From positions 149,860-213,859 of the forward strand of contig WJLW01000083.1 of the NCBI GenBank assembly GCA_014728295.1: a stretch of 64,000 nt of DNA, in the 5' to 3' direction. Of this stretch, positions 38,171 to 46,965 are shown one piece after another (position 1 is the stretch's first letter; each line of letters opens with the position of its first letter). The position numbers were made by a program, and so were the translations under genes. Origin of the DNA: Chitinivibrionales bacterium (GTDB lineage: Bacteria; Fibrobacterota; Chitinivibrionia; Chitinivibrionales; WJKA01). The notes below the pieces were generated by a model. That model worked only from the letters and a program-made list of their open reading frames with translations. It did not search any database and was not told where the DNA came from.

Positions 38171-39850
38171 TCAGAGCCCCGAAATCGACACCTCTTTTGG
38201 ATATTTTATGGAGAACCAAAGCGGGATTTTTACTTCCTGTCCCGGCTGAAGCTTGAAGAACCATTCGAGATAGTTATGTTCGTTCATTTTGAGCGCATCG
38301 GTTGGTTCCCGGTAATCGGGTTCAATGAGTTTAACTTCGATTTGTTCGTTATTGGAGATGGGGATTTGATCCCAGACGACAATTTCTTCGCTCGTTTTTT
38401 TATTGTTGATGAGGCCAATCCGGTATTCGTAGATGAACCTGGTTTTTGACTGGATGCCTTCCTGTTTGCGATAGCGCTTGAGCAGCTTGTGTTCGACGCT
38501 AATGGCATCGTCGACACCCAGGAAGGTCCAGAACTCCTCGGTCGGGGCGACGAGCTCCATCTTTGAATTGGCAACAAAAGCGTTATCGAGAAAGACATTC
38601 GTCGGTCCGGCCAGAAAGGGATATTCGGTTGAGTTGGTAGCTTTTGCTTTGAGATAGGCGTGCTGGGCGAGCTTGGGTACGGTGGAGTAGCGGAAGTGGG
38701 CGGGAAACTCGTGCGTGGTGATGGTGACGGTGTGGGGATTGTTGTCGCTTTTGATGGTAGTCGCACCGCGCGGGACAAACACAACCGATGTCGAACGTTG
38801 TTCTACGGATGCGGTTGCAACTTCCAGAGGAGCGGGGCTGGAAGCAAGCATGTCTGCTCGATCCTCCTCAAGTGCTTCGGCTTCTTCCATCCTGTTCATC
38901 ATTTGCGGCATGGGCGCAGACGCTTTTTTCATCACGCCTTGCTTCAGCGTCCGGCTGATTGCGCGCGGGTGGTGCACATTCAGGTACCAGGGATGCAACT
39001 CGGGATGCTTGCCGCCGACCTGCGGCTGCGCAGTCGAAAGCTGCACCGTGACATTGTCCCAGTCTTCATTCGTATTTTGCACGACCTTGCCTTTGTAAAC
39101 CACTTCCATAATCCGCTTCTTAGAATCGACCCGAATATCATACAGAGGAATCCATGACGGCCCGTAAATGATATAGCTCAAACGCAGCGCGATTTTGCCG
39201 GCCTGTCTGACGTTAATTCTGGCTTCAACCCGGTTAAGCAGTTTCTGCCCGGACGGCATGAGTTCGTTCAACTCGCGGCGTATTTTGTCAACGGCACGAT
39301 TGACGGCTCGCTTCTCCAATTCCAGGGAGCGCGCCTGACGATCCAGGCTTTCCAGCTTGTCTCGGTAAAAGCTGACCATTTTCATCCACTTGTCGGGATC
39401 GAGTTCGACAGGAGCTTCTTTTGCGTCGTGCTGAGTGAGGCCGTCGGCGATTTTTTGCACGAATTCCTTTTCCTTGCGTGCATGCGCCTGACGATCCAGG
39501 ATCCAGGCGAGTGAATCCTGCAGCACGGTCTGCTTGTCTTCCAATGCCTTGCGTTTCGGATCGGGGGTTTCGGCGAGCTGTTCGCGGTCAAAGCGGATGT
39601 CGCTGAGTATCGCACTTCCGCTGCCGCTGAGCTGAATGCTGTTACGGTCGATTCGGTCGGGCAGTCCTGCAAAAACCAGCCGGTGCTCGCCGGTCGAAAG
39701 TTGCCTCGAGGCAACTCTGATCACCTGCGCCCGGTCACCGTAAACCGTAACCTCGGCAATTCGCGAATTCAATTCGACAGCGCCGGTAGGTGCGAGTATA
39801 CCGATTGCACTGATCAGGCTCACCTGCAAGCAATTGCGCATCAAAGTCAT
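38171..39850 (-). CDS. DUF4139/DUF4140 (mucoidy-inhibitor MuiA-like) family protein with a signal peptide
   Basis: The N-terminal signal is LISAIGILAPTGAV. The central region is a coiled coil (DRQARSLELEKRAVNRAVDKIRRELNEL). A C-terminal beta-rich domain follows. The protein is about 559 aa. Confidence 0.55.
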   Translation of the reverse strand: MTLMRNCLQVSLISAIGILAPTGAVELNSRIAEVTVYGDRAQVIRVASRQLSTGEHRLVFAGLPDRIDRNSIQLSGSGSAILSDIRFDREQLAETPDPKRKALEDKQTVLQDSLAWILDRQAHARKEKEFVQKIADGLTQHDAKEAPVELDPDKWMKMVSFYRDKLESLDRQARSLELEKRAVNRAVDKIRRELNELMPSGQKLLNRVEARINVRQAGKIALRLSYIIYGPSWIPLYDIRVDSKKRIMEVVYKGKVVQNTNEDWDNVTVQLSTAQPQVGGKHPELHPWYLNVHHPRAISRTLKQGVMKKASAPMPQMMNRMEEAEALEEDRADMLASSPAPLEVATASVEQRSTSVVFVPRGATTIKSDNNPHTVTITTHEFPAHFRYSTVPKLAQHAYLKAKATNSTEYPFLAGPTNVFLDNAFVANSKMELVAPTEEFWTFLGVDDAISVEHKLLKRYRKQEGIQSKTRFIYEYRIGLINNKKTSEEIVVWDQIPISNNEQIEVKLIEPDYREPTDALKMNEHNYLEWFFKLQPGQEVKIPLWFSIKYPKEVSISGL

Positions 39851-39910
39851 AGACGCCTCCGTGTAGGAAAAAGTTGCTGAAATTTAAATTACATCCCTGC
39901 ATACCGGATG

Positions 39911-40170
39911 CTGGGGAATGTTGGGGACGAAAGTTGGGGACGGGGTCAAAAATTACATTATTAACATGCTATGTACAACTCGAACAAAGTATCGCGGCCT
40001 GACCTAGCACGTTCCCCTCTCACAACGAAGAGACTGATGAATATATATGTATTAGGGTACGCACAACATAAAAAGTTCCGCAGGTAACTCAGGTGAAACT
40101 TGTGAGCTTTGGAGTTTGGGACGGGAGCTTTGTGAGCTTTGAGCTTTGGGACGGGGTCAAAAATTATATT
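39911..40170. repeat. Cluster of short G-rich direct repeats (TTGGGGAC; GAGCTTTG) plus two copies of a GGGACGGGGTCAAAAATTA terminal-repeat motif upstream of the Y1 transposase gene
   Basis: The repeats ctggggaatgttggggacgaaagttggggacgggg and gagctttggagtttgggacgggagctttgtgagctttgagctttgggacgggg are visible. Copy 1 (39934-40020) carries a roughly 75%-identical degenerate duplicate of the first about 46 nt of the transposase CDS. Confidence 0.6.
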
Positions 40171-41162
40171 ATCAACATGCCACGTAAAGCTCGTATAGAT
40201 TATCCCGGCCTAACCCTCCACGTAATGGCGCACACCTTTGATAAAATGCTGCTCTTTAGAGACAACTGCGACAAAAAGCAGTATTTATCCTATTTATCAA
40301 AACGCATTCATGAAACCGGCTGTATCTGTTTCGCCTGGGCATTAATGAATAACCACCTGCATTTGTTGATTAAAACCAGCGAGAATCCTTTGTGGAGCCT
40401 TATGCGGCCTTTGCAAAGCGAATATTCCCGCTATTACAATAAAAAATACCAGCGCAAAGGTCCGCTGTTTCACGATAGATATAAATCAATCGCAACGCAG
40501 GACCAGCTCTATCTTGAGCAGTTGGTTTGCTATATCCATCTCAATCCGATTCGTGCCGGCATCTGCAAAACGCTCAAATCTCTTCGCCGCTATCGCTGGT
40601 CCGGGCATGCCTGTCTGATGGGCGTCTACCCTAATGATTTTCAGGACAGCAAAACTGTTCAAAAAAGATTTGGTAAAACGCCGTCGTCAGCCCGTGCAGC
40701 ATATGAGCAAATGTTGCGCAAGCAACTGCACACTCCCGTTGAAGATGATCTCACCGGCAACGTTCGCCGGAGCAATAAAGGAACGAAAAGCAAAACGTCG
40801 CCTGAGATCTGGGTCATCGGGGACGCTAAATTCCAAAAATCAGTAATAAAAAAGGACATCGACCAAAAACTAACGATTGCACGATTCAAAAGGGAAGGGA
40901 TTGACTTGCACGGCCTATTGGTCCGGGTCGCCAGCAAAATGAACGTGCCTGAAGAGCTGATAGTATTTGCTTCGAAACGTACCGCGCAGGCTGAAGCTCG
41001 AAAAGTGTTTTGCTATTTTGCCGGTATGCTTCAATTTCCCACGCGTCAAACAGCAGCGTTTCTGGGCATCCAGCAGGCGGCAGTGACCAATGCCGCTCGG
41101 CAGGGAAGAATAATTGTGCAACAATCCAGCCTGACAATAATATAATTTTTGACCCCGTCCCC
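40146..41162 (+). mobile_element. IS200/RAYT-like unit: Y1 HUH transposase gene bounded by 21-23 bp inverted repeats
   Basis: The left IR is gggacggggtcaaaaattatatt (40148-40170). The right IR is aatataatttttgaccccgtcccc (41138-41161), a near-perfect reverse complement. A single ORF lies between them. Confidence 0.5.
40177..41145 (+). CDS. REP-associated tyrosine transposase (RAYT, IS200-like Y1/HUH) with a C-terminal DnaA-C-like HTH domain
   Basis: The ATG at 40177 starts MPRKARIDYPGLTLHV. The HUH motif is NNHLHLLIK. The catalytic Tyr region is YIHLNPIRAGIC, matching the RAYT pattern YIxxNPxRAGL. The C-terminus (ELIVFASKRTAQAEARKVFCYFAGMLQ) is DnaA-domain-IV-like. The track ORF from 40093 translates the repeat region and is rejected. 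Confidence 0.8.
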   Translation: MPRKARIDYPGLTLHVMAHTFDKMLLFRDNCDKKQYLSYLSKRIHETGCICFAWALMNNHLHLLIKTSENPLWSLMRPLQSEYSRYYNKKYQRKGPLFHDRYKSIATQDQLYLEQLVCYIHLNPIRAGICKTLKSLRRYRWSGHACLMGVYPNDFQDSKTVQKRFGKTPSSARAAYEQMLRKQLHTPVEDDLTGNVRRSNKGTKSKTSPEIWVIGDAKFQKSVIKKDIDQKLTIARFKREGIDLHGLLVRVASKMNVPEELIVFASKRTAQAEARKVFCYFAGMLQFPTRQTAAFLGIQQAAVTNAARQGRIIVQQSSLTII

Positions 41163-41176
41163 AATATCCTTATTCT

Positions 41177-41827
41177 TCACTGCATCTGCACTACCCGCAC
41201 CAGCCGTTGCGTCACACTCTCAACATCGAAGGAAACCGGTACCGTTTCCCGGTGAATTTCACGAAATCCCTCACGCGGAGCATAGGCCCTCTCTCCATCC
41301 GCCAGAAACACCTCCACACCTTTCGCTCGTTGCGCATCAAGAAAGGAGCGCGTTGGTCCGGCTTTGCTGCGTTCGTAAAACATGTCGGCAACGAGGATGA
41401 CATCCGCAGCAACGCCGGTTGATTCCAGCAAATTGCCGGCGGTAAAGTCTGGGTCGACGCCATTTGCTGCGGCATTTTTGCCGGCGACATACAGTGCTAC
41501 CGGATCGATATCATTTGCTTCGACCTGTGCCGCACCTGCCTGGCAGGCTGCAATTGACGGAATCGCTCCGCCGCAGCCAAAATCCAGAACCGATTTGTTG
41601 CGAACCTGGATCGTTCCATTGAGCAGCAACCTGACAATAGCGATTGACGCGGGCCAGATCACGCCCCAGAATGGCGTCTCGCACTCATGTCCGCACTCCT
41701 TCTCCCAGGCCTCCCACAGCGCCATGATGTGCGGGGTGTGATGAGCGCGCACTTGCGCAAACCGGTGAATCGGTGCAAGGGGTGCGTATTGGTTGAGGAA
41801 CACATCCGTCGGATATGTCGGCATCAC
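41177..41827 (-). CDS. Class-I SAM-dependent methyltransferase (small PrmA/Methyltransf_16-like)
   Basis: VLDFGCGGAIPSIAACQAGAAQVEANDIDP matches motif I plus post-I of Rossmann MTases. Its stop overlaps the start of the downstream response-regulator gene by 4 nt. Confidence 0.65.
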   Translation of the reverse strand: MMPTYPTDVFLNQYAPLAPIHRFAQVRAHHTPHIMALWEAWEKECGHECETPFWGVIWPASIAIVRLLLNGTIQVRNKSVLDFGCGGAIPSIAACQAGAAQVEANDIDPVALYVAGKNAAANGVDPDFTAGNLLESTGVAADVILVADMFYERSKAGPTRSFLDAQRAKGVEVFLADGERAYAPREGFREIHRETVPVSFDVESVTQRLVRVVQMQ

Positions 41828-43161
41828 GTCTCGATTCCGTGCGTATTCATTTTCGAATACAACGCGCGCCGGGAAATACCCAGCAGCTTGGCGGCGTTCG
41901 TCTTGTTGCCCTGCGCCAGACTCAGCGCCTGCAGAATAAAATTTTTTTCCACTTCGTCAAGAGCAATTCCCTCGGCGGGCAGCAAATAATTGTTGGCGCT
42001 TTGCTGCGTTTGACCGGTCGCGATGTGTTCGGGCAGGTGAACTGCCTCGATGCAGGTTCCGGCGGACATAATGACGGCGCGCTCGATGGTGTTTTCGAGC
42101 TCGCGTACATTGCCGGGCCAGGCATAGGCCCGTAACTTGTCTGTCGCAATTGCGCTGATGCCGGCGACATGATGAAGCTTCAGCATGAAATACTCGACCA
42201 GCGGGGGAACGTCGTCGCTGCGTTGTGCAAGTGGCGGGATCCGTATCGGGAAGACGTTGAGGCGATAATACAAATCGTTGCGAAAGGCGCCGTCCTGTTG
42301 GGCCTGCTCCAGATTTTTATTGGTTGCCGCGATGACCCGCGCATCGGTGTGCAGCGTTTCTGCGCCGCCAACCCGCGTAAACTCCCGCTCCTGCAACACG
42401 CGCAGCAATTTCACCTGCAGGTTCAGCGAGATATCGCCGATTTCGTCCAGAAACACCGTCCCGCTTCCCGCCCGCTCGAACAAACCGGTTTTGCGATCAT
42501 GTGCACCGGTAAAGGAGCCTTTTTCGTGGCCGAACAATTCGGATTCCAGCAGCGTCTCGGTAAGTGCGGCGCAATTGATCGCCGTAAAGCCTTTGCGGCC
42601 GCTTTCGACATGGATGCCGCGGGCGATCAGCTCTTTGCCGGTTCCGCTTTTGCCACGAATCAGAACCGTAGTATCGCGTCCGGCGACAATTTTAGCCTGG
42701 CTGATAACCTCCAGCATTGCCGGGGAACGCGTGATGAGTCTGTCAAGGCTGTAGCGCTCCTGCACGTCATTTTTGAGGCCGTTCAATTCCAGCTTGAGTG
42801 AATGATTACCGAGAGCGGATTTAACCAGCAGCAGCATTTCATCCATCTCGAAGGGCTTGGCCACATATTCCATAGCGCCGTTGCGCATGGCGTCGATGCC
42901 GCTCTTGGCGTCGGCATAGGCAGTCATGACGATACATTCGATACCGGGATGCCTGCTTCTGATTTGCTTGACAAGCTCAACGCCGTCCATGCCGGGCATG
43001 CGAACATCGGTAATAATGACATCGGGAATCGCCCTGAGCAGGTAATCCAACGCCGCTTCCGCCGAATCCGCCTCGTCAATATCGTAGCCCTCGGCATCCA
43101 GAGCCATGGCCAGCAGGGCGCGCATTTTGCCTTCATCGTCAACAATCAGGATTTTTGCCAT
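41824..43161 (-). CDS. Sigma-54-dependent response regulator (NtrC family: REC + AAA+ + Fis-type HTH)
   Basis: The REC domain is MAKILIVDDE...DVRMPGMDG. Walker A is GKSGTGKE. GAFTGA appears as GSFTGA. Walker B is TVFLDEIGD. The arginine finger region is WPGNVRELEN. The C-terminal HTH is NAAKLLGISRRALYSKM. Confidence 0.9.
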   Translation of the reverse strand: MAKILIVDDEGKMRALLAMALDAEGYDIDEADSAEAALDYLLRAIPDVIITDVRMPGMDGVELVKQIRSRHPGIECIVMTAYADAKSGIDAMRNGAMEYVAKPFEMDEMLLLVKSALGNHSLKLELNGLKNDVQERYSLDRLITRSPAMLEVISQAKIVAGRDTTVLIRGKSGTGKELIARGIHVESGRKGFTAINCAALTETLLESELFGHEKGSFTGAHDRKTGLFERAGSGTVFLDEIGDISLNLQVKLLRVLQEREFTRVGGAETLHTDARVIAATNKNLEQAQQDGAFRNDLYYRLNVFPIRIPPLAQRSDDVPPLVEYFMLKLHHVAGISAIATDKLRAYAWPGNVRELENTIERAVIMSAGTCIEAVHLPEHIATGQTQQSANNYLLPAEGIALDEVEKNFILQALSLAQGNKTNAAKLLGISRRALYSKMNTHGIET

Positions 43162-44435
43162 GCATCCTCCGGCAGTTCAATCTCAAAACAGGCTCCCTGC
43201 CTTTGCTGCCGAAGCAGTCGTATCGACCAGCCGTTGCGTTCACACAATGTTTTGACGATGGAGAGACCCAGGCCGGTGCCCGTTTTATTACCCGATACGA
43301 ACGGGTCGAAAATGTGCCCGGCGAGTGTGTGGGGTATTCCCGGACCGCTGTCTTTAAATTGCATTTTCATTTTTCTGTTGTCGAAAATACATTCAACCGT
43401 CAAGCGACCGGATTCCTGCATCGCCTGAATTGCGTTGCGCCAGAGATTCGAAACAATCTGGACAAATGCATCTTTGTCACCGATGATACACAGACCGCCC
43501 GGCGCCTGCAGATCGAAAGTGATGTGCGGATATTTTTGCAGAAGCACCTCTTTTGCTTCGATAAGTGTTGTTTGGAGCGGGATGGTATCGCGGGCCGGCT
43601 TGCGCTCGCGCGAGAAGCTGAGAATATCACTGATCAGCCGCGACAGGCGCATAATTTCTTCTGAGAGAAAATCAAAGGCTTTGACCTGCTTCCCGGCATC
43701 ATATTTTTTGCGCAAGACATCGCTTGATGATTTAATAATGGCGAGGGGATTTTTCAATTCGTGGGCCAGCTCCGCGCTCGTGCGGCCCAAAAATGCCAGT
43801 CGTTCGTTGCGTTGGGAAAGCTCCTGGGCCGTGCGAGCCTGGCGGGAGACAAAGAGAATCGTTGCGATCATCGCCAGCAGCATTGCGGCAAACAGAACCG
43901 ACAAAAACAGCATGCTTTTTCGCGACCGTTCCAGCGCGGCAAAGAAATTGTGATCCGATTCGATTATCACACAGCGCGACTCTTCATCTATGAGGCAGGG
44001 GAAATAGAGCGAAAGGAAGACCTCCTCGGCGATGGTAACCACATCGGTAAATCGCGGCTCCTGCTGCTTCCACGCCCGGTGGTAGGCCGCTGTATCAATC
44101 AGATAGGGATAAACATCATCGCCCGGGGCAATCATGCGTTGCGACGACCATACCGTCAGCCCCAGTGAGTCGACCACAACCGCTCGGCCGATTCCCATGG
44201 CCGCCAGCAGCTTTTCAATTGTCAGAATGCCGATATCGTCCTCGAGCATCGAAACATAACCGCCCTGCTTTTCGTCAAGATAGGCGGCTATGGTTGCGGC
44301 GACCGAAATCATGCGATTGCGTGAATCGTACCTGGCTATACGCACCGACCTGTTGAACAACGTAAACGTGCTGATTGAAAGGATGATCACGGCCAGGACC
44401 GCAGCGGTCAACAATGAAGCAAAGTAGCGATTCAT
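43146..44435 (-). CDS. Sensor histidine kinase (two N-terminal TM helices, HisKA, HATPase_c)
   Basis: The H-box is LAHELKNPLAII, the N-box is NLWRNAIQA, and the G-boxes are DSGPGI and GTGLGLSIV. It overlaps the RR gene by 16 nt. Confidence 0.85.
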   Translation of the reverse strand: MNRYFASLLTAAVLAVIILSISTFTLFNRSVRIARYDSRNRMISVAATIAAYLDEKQGGYVSMLEDDIGILTIEKLLAAMGIGRAVVVDSLGLTVWSSQRMIAPGDDVYPYLIDTAAYHRAWKQQEPRFTDVVTIAEEVFLSLYFPCLIDEESRCVIIESDHNFFAALERSRKSMLFLSVLFAAMLLAMIATILFVSRQARTAQELSQRNERLAFLGRTSAELAHELKNPLAIIKSSSDVLRKKYDAGKQVKAFDFLSEEIMRLSRLISDILSFSRERKPARDTIPLQTTLIEAKEVLLQKYPHITFDLQAPGGLCIIGDKDAFVQIVSNLWRNAIQAMQESGRLTVECIFDNRKMKMQFKDSGPGIPHTLAGHIFDPFVSGNKTGTGLGLSIVKTLCERNGWSIRLLRQQRQGACFEIELPEDAWQKS

Positions 44436-46505
44436 CTAAAAATTGAGTGCGGAGTAAAATGAAAAGTAGCTATTGCGATTTCGTTCGCCGGAGTCATTCA
44501 GCGTCTTGAATTCGAGATCGGCATTGCCTCCAAGCGCCAGCCACTGCACGACCTGCCAGGATGCTCCCAGCCTCATAATCATGGATCGATTGTCCTGCTC
44601 ATCGGCGTCAAACTGAGTAAGTGCATACTGTTTCGGCGCGTTGGTGTAATCTATATATCGTGAGGTAAGCTCGTCAACGGTTTCGATCCGGTAGGCAAGT
44701 GCGAGTTCGAGGGCAAAGTGACCGGCATTTAGGAGCATCTCAAGGCCGCCTTCATACCCAAGCAGCTTTTCATAGAACGAGAGTGAAACGGGATTGAACA
44801 GTTCGATACCTTCGGCCTCAAAAAGCGCCGGGGAATTTTCCTGTGTGTATTCAGCGAAGAGGGACAACGTCAATTGCTGTCCGAACACAATTGCCAGCGA
44901 TGGGCGGATCGAAAACTCCAGCAGACGCAAACGGTAATCAAGCTGCTTCTTGCGAATCAAAGGTTCGGAATAGTAGGCCATGGAATCGTGAACGCTGGTA
45001 TCGGTGATACTGGTAACGTAGACGATACTGGAGGTAACAAGGGTATCGAATTCTTTGATCGGCAACAGCCCATGCAATTTATGCTGTTCAAATTCCGCCA
45101 CCCCCTGCACCGAAAGCTTCAGCCATTCCCACGGCGTCAAGCGCAGCTCGCCCCCGCTTTCGACAACTTGGCGTTGAAGCGCCGGCGCTACACCCAGACT
45201 TCGTTCCAGTCGGTACCGCCCGTTGCCGTCGAGTGTGAGCGGTCCCGCGCCAACGCAGAATCGCAGCAATGGTTCGGTCGCAACGTAATCCGCGGTATCA
45301 CGTACCCGGGTATAGGCCGAGTCCCGGCTCGAAACGGTAAACGTATCACGCGTACCGGAGTAGAAGTACATCGTCTGATCCAATGCCGTGTCAACCCGGA
45401 CGGTATCCACATACGTGCGCACGGAGTGATGGTTGGCGCCTTCGTTGCGCCAGACAATTTCCAGCGATTGTTGGTAATCGGCAGAATGCACTTCCCAGGC
45501 CGGAGCAAATTCCGCACGCCAGTTGGAAGCATAGAACCGACGACTGACCGAATAGTTTCGTCCGGTAATTGTCAACGGCAAGGTGATGCTGGTGAGCTTA
45601 TTGCGCGGCGCCGTCGTAAAGCTCAATCCCGCATCCGCACTGATGTTATCAGATGAATCGCCGAACTCCTGCCAGATTAGCTTCTCCGCCTCAAAGCCCA
45701 GGGTGCTTTGCAGCATATCCGAAAGCATGCCGAATTCCGCATCAATTCCGAAAGAGCGCCTGCTGCTGCCGATCGATACCGTCGGGGTAATGGATTTGAG
45801 ACCACCGGTCGAGACCGGCGTCCACCGCATGGCGATGCGTAAGTCTTCAGACAGAGGTGAAAGGCTGTGCGCGTCAACCAGCTTCTGATACGATCCGTAT
45901 TTTTTTGAGTCGATGCCGCCGGTATCAAAAGAAGTGTCCAGAACAATGTCCATTATTTCAGCGGTATCGGCCGGATCGTCTTCCCACAAAAAGTAATCGA
46001 CCGATCCGTAGATGTCCCAACTGAGCGTGCCCGACCCACCGGCCCGGGGCGATGCCTCGCTCGGGGCGCCGGATTGCAAAAAGTCCAGCGTATCAATCGA
46101 TTGATCAAATTCGCTGAAAAGCCTATCCGATAAGTCTATCACGGTTGCGGTGTCGCCGCTTACATCATCGAGCAAGTCCAGCGCTTCCTCAAAAAAGCCC
46201 TCATCGGCCAGCTCCCGGGCAGCTTCGAGCAGAACGGCGTTACCAATATCCGCATCAAGACCGGCGGCATACAGTTTCGTCGTACGCAGTTCAAACTTCA
46301 GCGAGTCTGTGCGAGAAGACACGATGCTGCTGTGCTCATCCCTGCCCTCACCCGACCGAACCGCATCGTCTACCGAAGAGTCAATCTGCTCAGCAAAGAT
46401 CGAGTCTTGAACTGCTTCAACCCCGGTTTGGGCAGGAAGGTTTGCAACACAGATGATCACCGCACCACAAAGTGCGGCCGCCAGCCTTAATCGTATCATG
46501 CACAT
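44436..46505 (-). CDS. Putative outer-membrane beta-barrel protein (signal peptide, C-terminal aromatic residue), first gene of the two-component operon
   Basis: The signal peptide is MIRLRLAAALCGAVIICVANLPAQ. Alternating amphipathic strands are abundant. The C-terminus ...SFYSALNF ends in Phe. Its stop directly abuts the HK start. The start is assigned to the ATG at 46505. Confidence 0.5.
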   Translation of the reverse strand: MCMIRLRLAAALCGAVIICVANLPAQTGVEAVQDSIFAEQIDSSVDDAVRSGEGRDEHSSIVSSRTDSLKFELRTTKLYAAGLDADIGNAVLLEAARELADEGFFEEALDLLDDVSGDTATVIDLSDRLFSEFDQSIDTLDFLQSGAPSEASPRAGGSGTLSWDIYGSVDYFLWEDDPADTAEIMDIVLDTSFDTGGIDSKKYGSYQKLVDAHSLSPLSEDLRIAMRWTPVSTGGLKSITPTVSIGSSRRSFGIDAEFGMLSDMLQSTLGFEAEKLIWQEFGDSSDNISADAGLSFTTAPRNKLTSITLPLTITGRNYSVSRRFYASNWRAEFAPAWEVHSADYQQSLEIVWRNEGANHHSVRTYVDTVRVDTALDQTMYFYSGTRDTFTVSSRDSAYTRVRDTADYVATEPLLRFCVGAGPLTLDGNGRYRLERSLGVAPALQRQVVESGGELRLTPWEWLKLSVQGVAEFEQHKLHGLLPIKEFDTLVTSSIVYVTSITDTSVHDSMAYYSEPLIRKKQLDYRLRLLEFSIRPSLAIVFGQQLTLSLFAEYTQENSPALFEAEGIELFNPVSLSFYEKLLGYEGGLEMLLNAGHFALELALAYRIETVDELTSRYIDYTNAPKQYALTQFDADEQDNRSMIMRLGASWQVVQWLALGGNADLEFKTLNDSGERNRNSYFSFYSALNF

Positions 46506-46586
46506 ATGAGGTAGGTTGAGAAATTTCAACTGCTCGATAAAATTTGCCGATTTTTCAAAAAAAGCGACAGTCACCGATGATATAAA

Positions 46587-46592
46587 ATTATA
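46587..46592 (-). promoter_or_regulatory. Candidate extended -10 element (TGaTATAAT on the minus strand) about 85 nt upstream of the OMP-HK-RR operon
   Basis: Plus-strand attatatca at 46587-46595 corresponds to TGATATAAT on the minus strand. No clear -35 was identified. Confidence 0.3.
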
Positions 46593-46965
46593 TCACCAGT
46601 GCACAAAATTAAACCTGAATATCTCGCATGGATGGGGCTTGTTACCGAACCGCGTGTATGAGCAGGTTTCGAAATTTAATTTACCGATTACGTAGCCGGA
46701 GCAGAAGATTATTAACCGGCGGCAGTTTCTGATTGCTGCGCGGAACCATCCGCTTCTTTGATTGGGCTCAGCGCAAGAATCCGTGCCATTTTCAAAAGCG
46801 ACACTGCAGCGCGTGGCTGATCGACATGCGCCTTTACCTTTTCGACAAGTGGACAAGCTGGCTTCGCCGCTTTGATTGCCTTATCGGCTGCGGCAACCTT
46901 GCATGCCTCTGGATCCTTTGAGTTTGCCACATAATCATGTCATGACCGGCAAGGTGCATAATTAT

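Noticed and set aside
40093-40176. N-terminal extension of the transposase ORF (MKLVSFGVWDGSFVSFELWDG...)
   Set aside because: This is a translation of the GAGCTTTG/TTGGGAC short-repeat DNA. The canonical RAYT N-terminus MPRKARIDYPG starts at the ATG at 40177.
44874-45656. 260-aa plus-strand ORF opposite the OMP gene
   Set aside because: It is antisense to a long ORF with signal peptide and barrel-like features. Its composition is Arg-rich.
46712-46930. 72-aa minus-strand ORF (GTG start) between the OMP operon and the coiled-coil protein gene
   Set aside because: It has no recognisable motif and a competing plus-strand ORF sits in the same interval. It could be a real small protein, but the evidence is too thin.
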